Shown here piece by piece: positions 27,911 through 37,277 of a stretch of DNA of 64,000 nucleotides (position 1 is its first letter; every line of letters starts with the position of its first letter). This stretch comes from an uncultured Candidatus Bathyarchaeia archaeon (GTDB lineage: Archaea; Thermoproteota; Bathyarchaeia; TCS64): the NCBI GenBank assembly GCA_964587735.1, contig CAZPMB010000001.1, forward strand, positions 15,464 through 79,463. The letters are read 5' to 3'. The notes beneath the pieces were generated by a model. That model worked only from the letters and a program-made list of their open reading frames with translations, had not been told where the DNA came from and made no database searches. The translations under genes and the position numbers were made by a program.

Positions 27911-29323
27911 CTAAAGCAATACCCTCAAATCGTCAAGGGCATCAAGGACGCGGCGACCTTTCTCAGTTATCTTCAGCAGCCGGCGCTTACCCTCCGCTTG
28001 AGGGGTTACCAAACCCTTCTCCTCGAGATCCGACAGGTGCTGGTAGACGGCTCCTAAGGTCATCTCACGCCCCAAGCCCTTCCAAAGGGCATAGCCATAG
28101 GTATTCCTGCGCGAAATTGCCTTCAAAAGGCGCTCCTTCGTCGCCAGCCTCAAGCCAAGACCCGGAGACCTCCTCTTCCGGCTGAGGCTTTTTAGGATGT
28201 CGTTGGTCTTCAACCCACTGCTAGTGATAATGCTGACGACCGAATCGGTTCGGTCCATCGAACCCATCTCCATCAGCTTAGGAAGGCAAGCAACGGTCGC
28301 GGCGCTCGCCGGCTCCACGAACATGCCCTCAGATCTGGCGATCTCCTTCTCGAAGAACAGCATCTCATCGTCCTTTACGGACACAGAGATGCCATCAGAT
28401 TCCCTTATATCTTTCAGAGCGGCGACCCCATATTTTGGCTCAGAGACCTTTATCGCCATCGCTACAGTATTCACATTTTCTAGCTCCAGGGGCTCTCCAG
28501 CTCCGAGCCTGAACGCCTCCGTTATGGGGGAGCAACCAGCCGCCTGAACCCCGATCAACCGGGGTTTCTTCTCGATGCGCCCCATCTCTTCGAGCTCTTT
28601 GAAACCCTTCCAAATGGAGTGGATGGTGACGCCGCTGCCCATCGCCACGACCACCCAGTCAGGGACTTCACCCTGCTCCGATATCTCGTATGAGATTGTC
28701 TTGAGAGCTTCCATCGATAGTGGGTTGAGCTCTGTCGTTGCTTGGTACCAACCCGTCTCAAGGGCCAGGTCGATCGCCCTCGTAATCGCCTCTTCGATGT
28801 TTTCACTCTCCTCGTCTACAGAGGCGTCATACGCGATCATCTGTGCGAGTTTACCGATATCCACATCGCTTGGGACTATGAGGTGGCATGCGACATCCTC
28901 TTTTGCAGAGTAGGCGGCGAGAGACGCGCCGTGATTACCATTGGTGGCACAGATTATAGAGTCAAACCCTTTCCCGACGGCATCAGAGAGGATCAGCGAG
29001 GCGGAACGATCCTTGTAAGAGCTTGTCGGATTCCTTGTTTCATCCTTCAGGATCAATGTCTTGAGGTTGAGATTTTCCTCGAGCCTCTTCGCCTCCCAGA
29101 GCGGCGTCCCTCCCTCGCCCATGCTGACAGGTTTGTGGACCCGAGGCATCACGAGACGATACCTCCAGAAAGCGAGAGGCCCCGTAAACTTAACGGATCT
29201 TAAGTAGTCCGTTTCGAGCGAATACTCTAGCATCCCTCCACAATTTGAGCAGAAGAACGATTTTCCATCATCTACAGATTTCAAACCGCACAGAGGGCAC
29301 TTTAATTGAAATGGGGAGGGCAT
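27911..29323 (-). CDS. thrC: Threonine synthase-family PLP enzyme with N-terminal zinc ribbon, apparently fused to a C-terminal PadR-like wHTH domain
   Basis: CPLCG...CSNCGG ribbon; PLP-lysine motif SSYKDRSAS; C-terminal ~90 aa TYGYALWKGLGREMTLGAVYQHLSDLEEKGLV...RRLLKITEKGRRVL is PadR-like. Confidence 0.7.
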   Translation of the reverse strand: MPSPFQLKCPLCGLKSVDDGKSFFCSNCGGMLEYSLETDYLRSVKFTGPLAFWRYRLVMPRVHKPVSMGEGGTPLWEAKRLEENLNLKTLILKDETRNPTSSYKDRSASLILSDAVGKGFDSIICATNGNHGASLAAYSAKEDVACHLIVPSDVDIGKLAQMIAYDASVDEESENIEEAITRAIDLALETGWYQATTELNPLSMEALKTISYEISEQGEVPDWVVVAMGSGVTIHSIWKGFKELEEMGRIEKKPRLIGVQAAGCSPITEAFRLGAGEPLELENVNTVAMAIKVSEPKYGVAALKDIRESDGISVSVKDDEMLFFEKEIARSEGMFVEPASAATVACLPKLMEMGSMDRTDSVVSIITSSGLKTNDILKSLSRKRRSPGLGLRLATKERLLKAISRRNTYGYALWKGLGREMTLGAVYQHLSDLEEKGLVTPQAEGKRRLLKITEKGRRVLDALDDLRVLL

Positions 29324-29427
29324 CTCTCGTATAACTATTGGAAAGCAACTGTTTAAGTGTTAAGCGTATCCGTCATCCTTTTATTCCCAATTCCACATGG
29401 AGGGCTTGAATACCGGGAAATAAATCC

Positions 29428-29736
29428 ATGAAGCTTAGCGAGTTGCGGCCGGGCATGGAGAATGTAGACCTTAGAGTCAAGGTCTTAAAGCTAAAAGAGC
29501 CCAGGCGCGTGAAGACGAACAAAGGCGTCACCCATGTTCTGGTTGAGGGTGAGGTCGAGGACGAGACAGGTAGGCTGGGGCTCACCGTCTGGAACGAGTT
29601 AATCGAACAACTGAAGAATGTAGACGCGGGTAGCAGAGTGGACCTGAAGAACTGCTTCATAACCTCATTTAGAGGAGTCCTTAGCGTGAATGTTGGACGG
29701 GACTCAAAGATAGAAAAACCCGAGGAGAGAGCGTGA
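29428..29736 (+). CDS. OB-fold nucleic-acid-binding protein (SSB/RPA-like)
   Basis: 102 aa: VDLRVKVLKLKEPRRVKTNKGVTHVLVEGEVEDETGRLGLTVWNEL... beta-rich OB pattern. Confidence 0.5.
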   Translation: MKLSELRPGMENVDLRVKVLKLKEPRRVKTNKGVTHVLVEGEVEDETGRLGLTVWNELIEQLKNVDAGSRVDLKNCFITSFRGVLSVNVGRDSKIEKPEERA

Positions 29737-30314
29737 TGGAGGATCGTATTTTGGATGAGATCCGGCTTGAAGTAAAAAGACTAACGCCCCACAATGGTAC
29801 ACACGGCTTCGATCACACGTTGAGAGTCTACAAAACTTGCATGAGGATCGGCTTCTCAACCGGAGCCGACCTCTCAGTCCTCCTGCCGGCAGCCCTACTC
29901 CATGATGTCGCCAGGGAAGAGGCCGAACACAACAACGCAAGCTCCGTGAAGGCTCGTGAGATCCTCATGTCCCTAAACTATCCTCGTGAAAAGATGGAAT
30001 TGGTGGCCAGGGCAATCTCCACTCACAGCTTCTCAGGCAGGCTAACGCCAGATTCTCTCGAGGCGGAGATCCTCTCAGACGCCGACAAGCTCGACGCAAT
30101 GGGCGCCCTGGGCGTTTACAGGGCCGCCATGTATAGCGGGGAGAAGGGCAGGCCAATAGAGGAATTTACCGCCCACTTCTATGAGAAGCTGCTGAAGCTC
30201 AAGGAGAAGCTATACACAGACGAGGCAAAACGTATCGCTGATTCCAAACATAGATTCATGCTGTCTTTCTTGGAGCAGCTAGGCAAGGAGCTATCGCTCG
30301 ATTCTCAGGTTTGA
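29733..30314 (+). CDS. HD-domain phosphohydrolase
   Basis: H...HD motif HGFDHTLRV...LLHDVARE...DADKLDAMGALG. Overlaps the OB gene stop by 4 nt. Confidence 0.75.
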   Translation: MMEDRILDEIRLEVKRLTPHNGTHGFDHTLRVYKTCMRIGFSTGADLSVLLPAALLHDVAREEAEHNNASSVKAREILMSLNYPREKMELVARAISTHSFSGRLTPDSLEAEILSDADKLDAMGALGVYRAAMYSGEKGRPIEEFTAHFYEKLLKLKEKLYTDEAKRIADSKHRFMLSFLEQLGKELSLDSQV

Positions 30315-30315
30315 T

Positions 30316-30870
30316 TTAGGCTACGCCCCATCGCCTGTACAGCTCGTGGTCGATTCCCAGTTGGTCGAGGATCCTCCCAACGACAAAGTCGACTAAGTCC
30401 CCGATGGTCCTAGGCTCGTGATAGAATGCCGGCATCGCCGGCAGTACCGTGGCTCCGAGGTAACTCAGCTTGGCCATGTTTTCAAGGTGTACGGCGTGGA
30501 GCGGAGTCTCACGGGGTACAATGACAAGGGTCCTCCGCTGCTTCAACTGAACATCGGCAGCCCTCGTGATCAGATCCTCGCAGTATCCAGAAGCTATCCC
30601 ACCTATTGTCTTCATGGAGGCAGGAACTATGATCATCCCATCAACCTTGTACGAGCCGCTTGAAATAGGGGCTGTGAGGTCCGTGGGTTTGTATTGAATA
30701 CTAGATAGGTCATCAAGTGCACCTTGACTACCCAACTCGTGTTCGATGATAAGCCTGGCGGAGTCGCTGATGACGAGATGGACTTTGATGTGCCTCTCTC
30801 TGAAGAACTCGAGTAACCTTTTACTATACACGGCACCGCTCGCCCCGGTCACGGCGACTATCAGCTCCAT
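30316..30870 (-). CDS. ubiX: UbiX/Pad1-type flavin prenyltransferase
   Basis: MELIVAVTGASGAVYSKRLLEF...VHLVISDSARLI. Start set at MELIV. Confidence 0.85.
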   Translation of the reverse strand: MELIVAVTGASGAVYSKRLLEFFRERHIKVHLVISDSARLIIEHELGSQGALDDLSSIQYKPTDLTAPISSGSYKVDGMIIVPASMKTIGGIASGYCEDLITRAADVQLKQRRTLVIVPRETPLHAVHLENMAKLSYLGATVLPAMPAFYHEPRTIGDLVDFVVGRILDQLGIDHELYRRWGVA

Positions 30871-30918
30871 ATCTGGTGTTCCTCTAGAACTCATTCTAGA
30901 TACCCATCATAAAGCTTT

Positions 30919-31584
30919 TTGAGGGTTTCACCGAGTCAGATACGTGGTTTCATCTTGAGGATCAGGCTTGTGATACCGATAACTGGTTTATCTGCTGATG
31001 CCATCGTGGAGCGACTCGAGTTCCTGAGGGAGATTGCCGATCCTGGGACCGAGGTAGATGCCGTTCAGATCGCTGTTGGGCCGCCGGCGATCGAGTCCGA
31101 GGTCGACGAGATACATGCCGGGCCCGACGTTTTACGCCTTGTGAGGGAGGCAGAGGCCGAAGGATGCGACGCTGCGATCATCTGGTGTGGAAGTGATCCA
31201 GCGCTGGAAGCTGCCCGTGCGCTTGTAGACATCCCTGTGATCGGGCCAGGCGAGTCCATGAGGGCAATTGCTTCTATCCTTGGTAAAAAGCCCTGCAACA
31301 TCACTCCCGAGATACCCGTTCTGGAGATGAGGGGCAATCTGGGCAGAACAGTTGAGGCCGTCAAATCGATGGTCGTGTCAAAGGTAGAAAAGGGTGAAGG
31401 GGATGTATTCTTCCTAGGATGCCTAGCGTTATGGGGGATCGGCAGGAGGCTAAGGGAACAAATCGGGGTCCCGATAATCGATGGAGCAGAGGCCTCGCTT
31501 AAGATGGCGGAGATGGCAGTAAAACTGGGCCTAAGACACAGTAGGATATCGTATCCAAAGTATCCACCTAAGCACCGTCTGTGA
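30919..31584 (+). CDS. Asp/Glu/hydantoin racemase superfamily protein (HyuE-like)
   Basis: PGTEVDAV...EGCDAAIIWCGSDPALEAARALVDIPVIGPGESMRAIA. The true start may be the internal TTG/GTG near LVIPITG. Confidence 0.6.
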   Translation: MRVSPSQIRGFILRIRLVIPITGLSADAIVERLEFLREIADPGTEVDAVQIAVGPPAIESEVDEIHAGPDVLRLVREAEAEGCDAAIIWCGSDPALEAARALVDIPVIGPGESMRAIASILGKKPCNITPEIPVLEMRGNLGRTVEAVKSMVVSKVEKGEGDVFFLGCLALWGIGRRLREQIGVPIIDGAEASLKMAEMAVKLGLRHSRISYPKYPPKHRL

Positions 31585-31607
31585 ATGTTTCTCTAGCCAA
31601 ATGATGC

Positions 31608-31910
31608 CTAGTACTCGCCTTCTTCCTCTTCTTCTTCCTTGTCTTCTTCGCCCTTAGGCTGGGGCGGATGCACAGGGTCGATGCAGATGTATAGTATGTT
31701 ATTGCCCCTGATGAAGACGTCGCCGTAGCTTGCTATAAGACCGTTCTCGTCGTACTCCTTGGCGCCCTTCAGCATGAGGTTCATGTAACCGTCAGCCCTC
31801 GTCATCCTACCCCAATACTCACCTCTGCTCTTGAGTGTGACAGTCACGTTGTTACCCACACTTTTGATGAGGACATTAAGCGGCTTCTTTCTCGGCTCCA
31901 AACTGTACAC
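31608..31910 (-). CDS. Sm-like archaeal protein (SmAP) with a poly-Glu C-terminal tail
   Basis: Sm1/Sm2 motifs (NVTVTLKSRGEYWGRMTRADGYMNLML...FIRGNNILYI), then KGEEDKEEEEEEGEY. Confidence 0.75.
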   Translation of the reverse strand: MYSLEPRKKPLNVLIKSVGNNVTVTLKSRGEYWGRMTRADGYMNLMLKGAKEYDENGLIASYGDVFIRGNNILYICIDPVHPPQPKGEEDKEEEEEEGEY

Positions 31911-31986
31911 CTTATGTAAGATTCAACTATCTACCCCCCCACTTCGATATAAAAGGTTTCTGAGACTGAGATAAAACGCGATATTT

Positions 31987-32586
31987 TCAGTTTTTCTTGA
32001 TCTTCGCAAATACCAACCAGTCCTTCAGATCCTCATCTTGAGCGAAAGGGATACTAGTCAACCCCGAGTCTTTGACAACCTTCATGAACAGATCCTCAGA
32101 GAATGCCTTTTTGAGAGCCGATACAATTATGATGGAATCTGGTCGACTCACCCTCCTAATCTCTATTAGGGTTTGGCATGGCGATGGCAAGTTCTGAATA
32201 AGGGTGACCGCGAAGACGATATGAAAGACCTTGGATCTGAAGGGGAGATTATCAGCGTCGGCCTGGATGAGATGCGTATTTATCTTGCCTTTCAACCCCG
32301 ACAGAGCCGTCGAGAGCAGCCTGTGCGATATATCAACGCCGATGCAGTGCGAGTTCAGCCTCTGAAGGAGGAGCCCGGTTCCGCACCCATCGTCTAAGAC
32401 CAAGTCATCTAGAAGAGGTTTGATCTTTTCTAGGATCAAGTTGTACTTAGCTTCCTGTTCCTCAGCGTACCTGATGTCATAGATTTGCCCACCCAGCGAA
32501 TCATAGGACCTGAGAACGCTCCTTTTACCCTTCCCCGCCGTTGCATTCTTACCGTGAAAGGTGTTTGATCCCCCTTTTTGTCTCAT
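31987..32586 (-). CDS. Class I SAM-dependent methyltransferase
   Basis: Motif I VLDDGCGTGLL, plus post-I and motif II patterns. Confidence 0.7.
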   Translation of the reverse strand: MRQKGGSNTFHGKNATAGKGKRSVLRSYDSLGGQIYDIRYAEEQEAKYNLILEKIKPLLDDLVLDDGCGTGLLLQRLNSHCIGVDISHRLLSTALSGLKGKINTHLIQADADNLPFRSKVFHIVFAVTLIQNLPSPCQTLIEIRRVSRPDSIIIVSALKKAFSEDLFMKVVKDSGLTSIPFAQDEDLKDWLVFAKIKKN

Positions 32587-32827
32587 GTTGTCGAGACTAA
32601 TCTGATTTCTAAACCAATAAAAATGATAATATTCTGCTATTTATTCCTCTTCGCTCATGATCCGTGCCTTGAGCACTCTATCCCCCTTCGCAAAACCATG
32701 AATGACCTCTTTGTTTGCACAAGTTGAGTGGCAATAATGCTTCCTGCAAAAAAAGATAGCTACAATTTCTCTTCGAGCTGTTAACGTCTCGAAATCTTTT
32801 TTAGAAGACCCTAAACCCATCATCTTC

Positions 32828-34567
32828 ATGGACTCATTCTGCTCGAAGGAAGGGCACCAACAAACTTATGTGAGTGATTCTAATGCTCGACGCAGAAGCT
32901 CAAAGGTTCTGGATGGGGTCGAAAGGGTGGTCCACCGCTCCCTGCTGAAGGGTGTGGGTCTTACAGATCAAGATCTGAGGAAGCCCCTAGTCGCAATAGC
33001 AAATTCCTGGAACGAGATAGTCCCCGGTCACATTCATCTCGACAGGCTCGCTTTTCAAGTAAAGAAGGGGATCGTCGAGGCCGGCGGGACGCCGTTGGAG
33101 TTCAACACTATAGGGGTGTGCGACGGAATCGCCATGGGCCACGAGGGAATGAGGATGAGCCTGCCAAGTCGCGAGCTAATAGCGGACTCGGTCGAGATCA
33201 TGGTTGAGTCCCACGGGTTCGACGCGATGGTCTGCCTCACAACCTGCGACAAGATAGACCCTGGGATGATGATGGCTGCGGCACGCCTCGATATCCCCAC
33301 CATCTTCTGCCTTGGCGGGCCGATGGAGCCGGGTTGCCCTGCCTGGGGGAGGTTCAAGGACACGCCCATCACCGTTCAGGAGCTTTTCATGGTCCCGAGC
33401 CTCGTGAAATCGGGAGAGATGAGCGAGGAGGAGGCTGAGTATCTGGAGGAAGTCTGCTGCTCGGGGGCAGGGGCCTGTGGCGGGATGTTCACCGCTAACT
33501 CGATGCAGTGCCTGATAGAGGCCATCGGAATGGCCCTCCCGCAGATGGCGACGGCTCCGTCGATGGGGGCGCAGAGGATGCGCCTGGCCTACAAGACAGG
33601 GCAGCAGGTAATGAAACTATTACAGGCGGGTCTGACACCAGGCGAGATAATGACGGAGAAGGCCTTTAGGAACGCTATAACGGTGGACATGGCCCTCGGG
33701 GGCTCCACGAACACCGTCCTCCACCTCAAGGCGATCGCGTTGGAGATGGGGCTAGATCTCGACCTTGCCCTCTTCGACGAATTGAGCAGGAGAACGCCAC
33801 ACATCTGCAACATGGCCCCGGCGGGGTCCTACAAGATTAAAGACCTACACAGATCAGGCGGAGTACCAGCCGTGATGAGGGAGCTCGGGGACCGCATCGA
33901 CACCGGCGTACTCACGGTCTCGGGGAAGACCCTCGGCGAGGCCATCTCAGGTGTCGAGGTTGTCGATCGTCTGGTGATTCGGCCGGTCTCTGACCCTATC
34001 CATAAAGAGGGCGGTATAGCAGTCCTAAGAGGGAGCCTGGCGCCTGATTCGTGTGTCGCCAAGGTCTCGGCGATGAGCCCAAAGATGATGAGATTCAGGG
34101 GTAGAGCCGTGGTTTTCGAGAGGGAGGAGGACGCAGTCGACGCCATCCACGGGGGTGTTGTCGGGCCCGGGGACGCCGTTATAATACGCTACGAGGGGCC
34201 CAAGGGTGGCCCTGGGATGAGGGAGATGCTCACGGCGACAAGCGCGATAGTCGGCCACGGCCTCGAGGAGAGCGTCGCACTGATCACGGACGGCAGGTTC
34301 TCAGGGGCAACACGAGGCCCATGCATAGGGCACGTATCACCGGAGGCCTCGGGGGGAGGCCCTATAGCCCTGGTTAAAAATGGCGACAGGATACTAATTG
34401 ACATACCGGATCGCAGGATAGAACTCGACGTGCCAAAAATCGAAATGGGAAGAAGGAAGGGCGCCTGGAGGCCACCGGAGCCAAGAGTCAGGCACGGCTA
34501 CCTCGCCCGCTACGCCTCAATGGTCTCGTCGGCGGACAGGGGAGCCATACTGGAAAGGCCATCATAA
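32828..34567 (+). CDS. ilvD: Dihydroxy-acid dehydratase
   Basis: 579 aa: [42 protein letters not shown], and the Cys triad for the Fe-S cluster. Confidence 0.9.
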   Translation: MDSFCSKEGHQQTYVSDSNARRRSSKVLDGVERVVHRSLLKGVGLTDQDLRKPLVAIANSWNEIVPGHIHLDRLAFQVKKGIVEAGGTPLEFNTIGVCDGIAMGHEGMRMSLPSRELIADSVEIMVESHGFDAMVCLTTCDKIDPGMMMAAARLDIPTIFCLGGPMEPGCPAWGRFKDTPITVQELFMVPSLVKSGEMSEEEAEYLEEVCCSGAGACGGMFTANSMQCLIEAIGMALPQMATAPSMGAQRMRLAYKTGQQVMKLLQAGLTPGEIMTEKAFRNAITVDMALGGSTNTVLHLKAIALEMGLDLDLALFDELSRRTPHICNMAPAGSYKIKDLHRSGGVPAVMRELGDRIDTGVLTVSGKTLGEAISGVEVVDRLVIRPVSDPIHKEGGIAVLRGSLAPDSCVAKVSAMSPKMMRFRGRAVVFEREEDAVDAIHGGVVGPGDAVIIRYEGPKGGPGMREMLTATSAIVGHGLEESVALITDGRFSGATRGPCIGHVSPEASGGGPIALVKNGDRILIDIPDRRIELDVPKIEMGRRKGAWRPPEPRVRHGYLARYASMVSSADRGAILERPS

Positions 34568-34635
34568 CGGCGATTGTAACCATTCGAAAAAGACAGAAAC
34601 ACTTCAAGCTTCTTGCGGATCGCTATCAATTCCTA

Positions 34636-35625
34636 TCACTTGGCTTCCTTTTTCAAGTTCAAGCGCTTGTAAAGATAATATACTGGAAGTCCAACTGCGA
34701 CGAACGGACCCAAAACAATAACTATCGCCAACAAACCCTGAATTATCGTGAACAAGGCTTGTAGCCCGGAGTTCACGGGGGCCCACCAGTCGACCTGAGG
34801 GAGCCCCATAACCAGTTCACCAACAGACTTGCTGAGAAGTACTGTTATTGTCGCCAGCTCAACCCGGTTCTCGAGATATTTGATCTTCCCGGTGATGCCC
34901 TCAATTTCCCCCCTGATCCTCTTCAACTCGCTCTCCACCTTGAGAACGTCCTCGACGGTGGCGCACATGCTGAGTATCTCTACAAACCTACCCTCCTGCT
35001 TCTGTAGGTTGCTAAGTTGGGCCTGCAGGTCAACGTAATTCTCAGTGACGTCCTCCCCCTTCAGGTCCCTGTTGACGACTTCCCCGAGCCCCTCGATCTC
35101 TGAGACGACCTCGTAGAATTTTTTCTGAGGGACTCGAACAGTAATTGACCCACCCTCGCTCCTTGTAGTGATTGCGGAGATAAAGCCCCCGTACTTCTCG
35201 GTTATGAGCATGATATCGTCCACCGTAGGATCGATGTCGTCAACCCTCACCTCTATTCTGGCGGTGAAGACAACCATCCTCTCGGTAAACGCCTCTACAA
35301 GTTCCCCTGGGCTCTCCTCTCCAGTCTCTGGCCACACGCTGAAAACCCAACTCCATCCCGAGAGCCCTGAGGCTGCCGATTTAGCCGAGTCTGATGTCCT
35401 CGCTGCATCTGCGGCTGTTTTTGCCGCGACTGCTGCCGCCTCTTCTTCGCTAACATCCTCAAAACCAGGTGTTGACAATATAAACTGGGTCTTAGCCTGA
35501 ATTCCCCCTCTCTGCCTGAACGTCGATCCCAAGGTATATGCCGAGATCATCGTCAAGAACAGAATACCGAAGACGAGGACCGCTTTCTTTGACGGCCGTG
35601 CAAGATGGATCCCAGATCTGATCAT
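34636..35625 (-). CDS. DUF4349-like membrane-anchored protein
   Basis: N-terminal signal/transmembrane segment, central coiled-coil (ENYVDLQAQLSNLQKQEGR...), C-terminal transmembrane helix. Confidence 0.5.
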   Translation of the reverse strand: MIRSGIHLARPSKKAVLVFGILFLTMISAYTLGSTFRQRGGIQAKTQFILSTPGFEDVSEEEAAAVAAKTAADAARTSDSAKSAASGLSGWSWVFSVWPETGEESPGELVEAFTERMVVFTARIEVRVDDIDPTVDDIMLITEKYGGFISAITTRSEGGSITVRVPQKKFYEVVSEIEGLGEVVNRDLKGEDVTENYVDLQAQLSNLQKQEGRFVEILSMCATVEDVLKVESELKRIRGEIEGITGKIKYLENRVELATITVLLSKSVGELVMGLPQVDWWAPVNSGLQALFTIIQGLLAIVIVLGPFVAVGLPVYYLYKRLNLKKEAK

Positions 35626-35927
35626 AGCTGCAACCCCATATTTTACACGTTATAATTATTAATTATTGAAACTAATATTTTATACCATGTTTTAGAACAA
35701 TCCATTCTAACTTTTGAACAGCTAATAATCAGGTCCTACAGCCGAAAGAGGGGTAAAAGGTTGTTTCAATTCGTCAAAAAACATGGAACAAAACATGTTT
35801 TTCTATTGAATACCTAGAAACGTGCCTAGGGATCCTAAGTGATACGCGTAAAAAATACCTTTAGTTCAAGTTATAGTCATTTTTTGAAAAATGAGGGTTA
35901 AAAGAATGTGGGAATGCTCGTGTTGAG

Positions 35928-36959
35928 TCAGTATAGGTATTTTCTCATGTGCACCGGTGTAGCGTGAGGAAGGGGTAGGTCTTTCATTGTTTTGAAGCCG
36001 GGCTCGGCGTTTATCACGTGGGGTATCATGTTGGCCGTAATCGCTATGGTGCCGAAGTCGCCGTGAACGCATGGGGAGATCCTTTCTCTTATCGGGGGCT
36101 CGCCGTTTATGACGACGCTGTCGAACTCATCTGGGGCGCCTATGTAAGCCTTGAAGTCGAGGGTTATCAACGTCTTACCGCCTTTGACGCCGAAGGCCTT
36201 CTGCATCGTGCCGGCGTTGTATCCCTTCGGAACCTCAATGGCGTCGCTGGCGGCGTCGTGGTCGAGGACAACCGGTTGAACTGGATCTACTCTTATCTCG
36301 CTGAGCTCCCAGCAGAGGGCGTCGGCGATCATCTTTATCGACTGCTCAAGGCCGACGTGGCCTGTGATCTCGTGCTTCCTGATCTTCTCGTTGAACTCCT
36401 TCAGGGTCAGGCCCGCGCCTATCTTCTGCTGGAACGGTATCCTACGAGTCGCTGCGTTCATCTGTCTGGTAACGTATATGTCGTCGACCCTTGTGCAGAC
36501 GCCTGTCAGGACAATGGGGAGGGTGTCCATTAGGAAACCCGGGTTGATCCCTGTTCCTAGGAGAGCAGCGCCCTTCTCGTATGCGAGCTTGTCGAGCTTC
36601 TTCGCGTACTCAGCCCCTTCCCTGGTCGCGTATGGGTAGGACAGCTCCTCACAGGTCGATACGCAGTTAACGCTTTGGTTCAGGATCTGAACTAACTGGT
36701 CGTATGTCTGCTTCAGGTAAGACATGGTCGTGTGACATACTATGTCTGGCTTTGTTGTCGACAACACCTCGTCCGTGTCGCATGAGATTTTTACCCCCAA
36801 TTTCTTGAGCCCTAGAACCTCTCCCAGATCCTTCCCGACGATCTGGGGGTTTATGTCGATTGCACCAACAATCTCTATTCCCTCTTTGGAGAGAAGGTGG
36901 GTGGCGAGGCGACGGCCGATGACGCCTATTCCATAAGAAACTGCCTTTACCTTTTCCAA
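35928..36959 (-). CDS. DapB-like NAD(P)-dependent oxidoreductase (2,4-diaminopentanoate / amine dehydrogenase family)
   Basis: N-terminal Rossmann KAVSYGIGVIGRRLATHL...GAIDINPQ with the family's characteristic C-terminal domain (~343 aa). Confidence 0.55.
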   Translation of the reverse strand: MEKVKAVSYGIGVIGRRLATHLLSKEGIEIVGAIDINPQIVGKDLGEVLGLKKLGVKISCDTDEVLSTTKPDIVCHTTMSYLKQTYDQLVQILNQSVNCVSTCEELSYPYATREGAEYAKKLDKLAYEKGAALLGTGINPGFLMDTLPIVLTGVCTRVDDIYVTRQMNAATRRIPFQQKIGAGLTLKEFNEKIRKHEITGHVGLEQSIKMIADALCWELSEIRVDPVQPVVLDHDAASDAIEVPKGYNAGTMQKAFGVKGGKTLITLDFKAYIGAPDEFDSVVINGEPPIRERISPCVHGDFGTIAITANMIPHVINAEPGFKTMKDLPLPHATPVHMRKYLY

Positions 36960-37277
36960 TGTTAATCTGGACTATCAGTCATCTCGGGACTTTAAACCTT
37001 GCGCGACGAAGAAGTAGAATAACACGAACATCAATTGAATTAGTATATGGATGGCATATTCGATAAACTTCAATGCGTTAATAGCGGTGGCGCACAAAAT
37101 TGTATTTTTATGTATCAATCAAATCCATTACCCTTTTTGAGGATTTCCATGACCTATTGAGCTCTATAGATACTTAGTACAATCGTATCAGGAACTATGC
37201 AATCAGAACAATATCAAATGCGCTCTAGATTGTCTCAAAATGTAGAGATAAAGAAGGCTTTTTATGGGATAAAAAAT

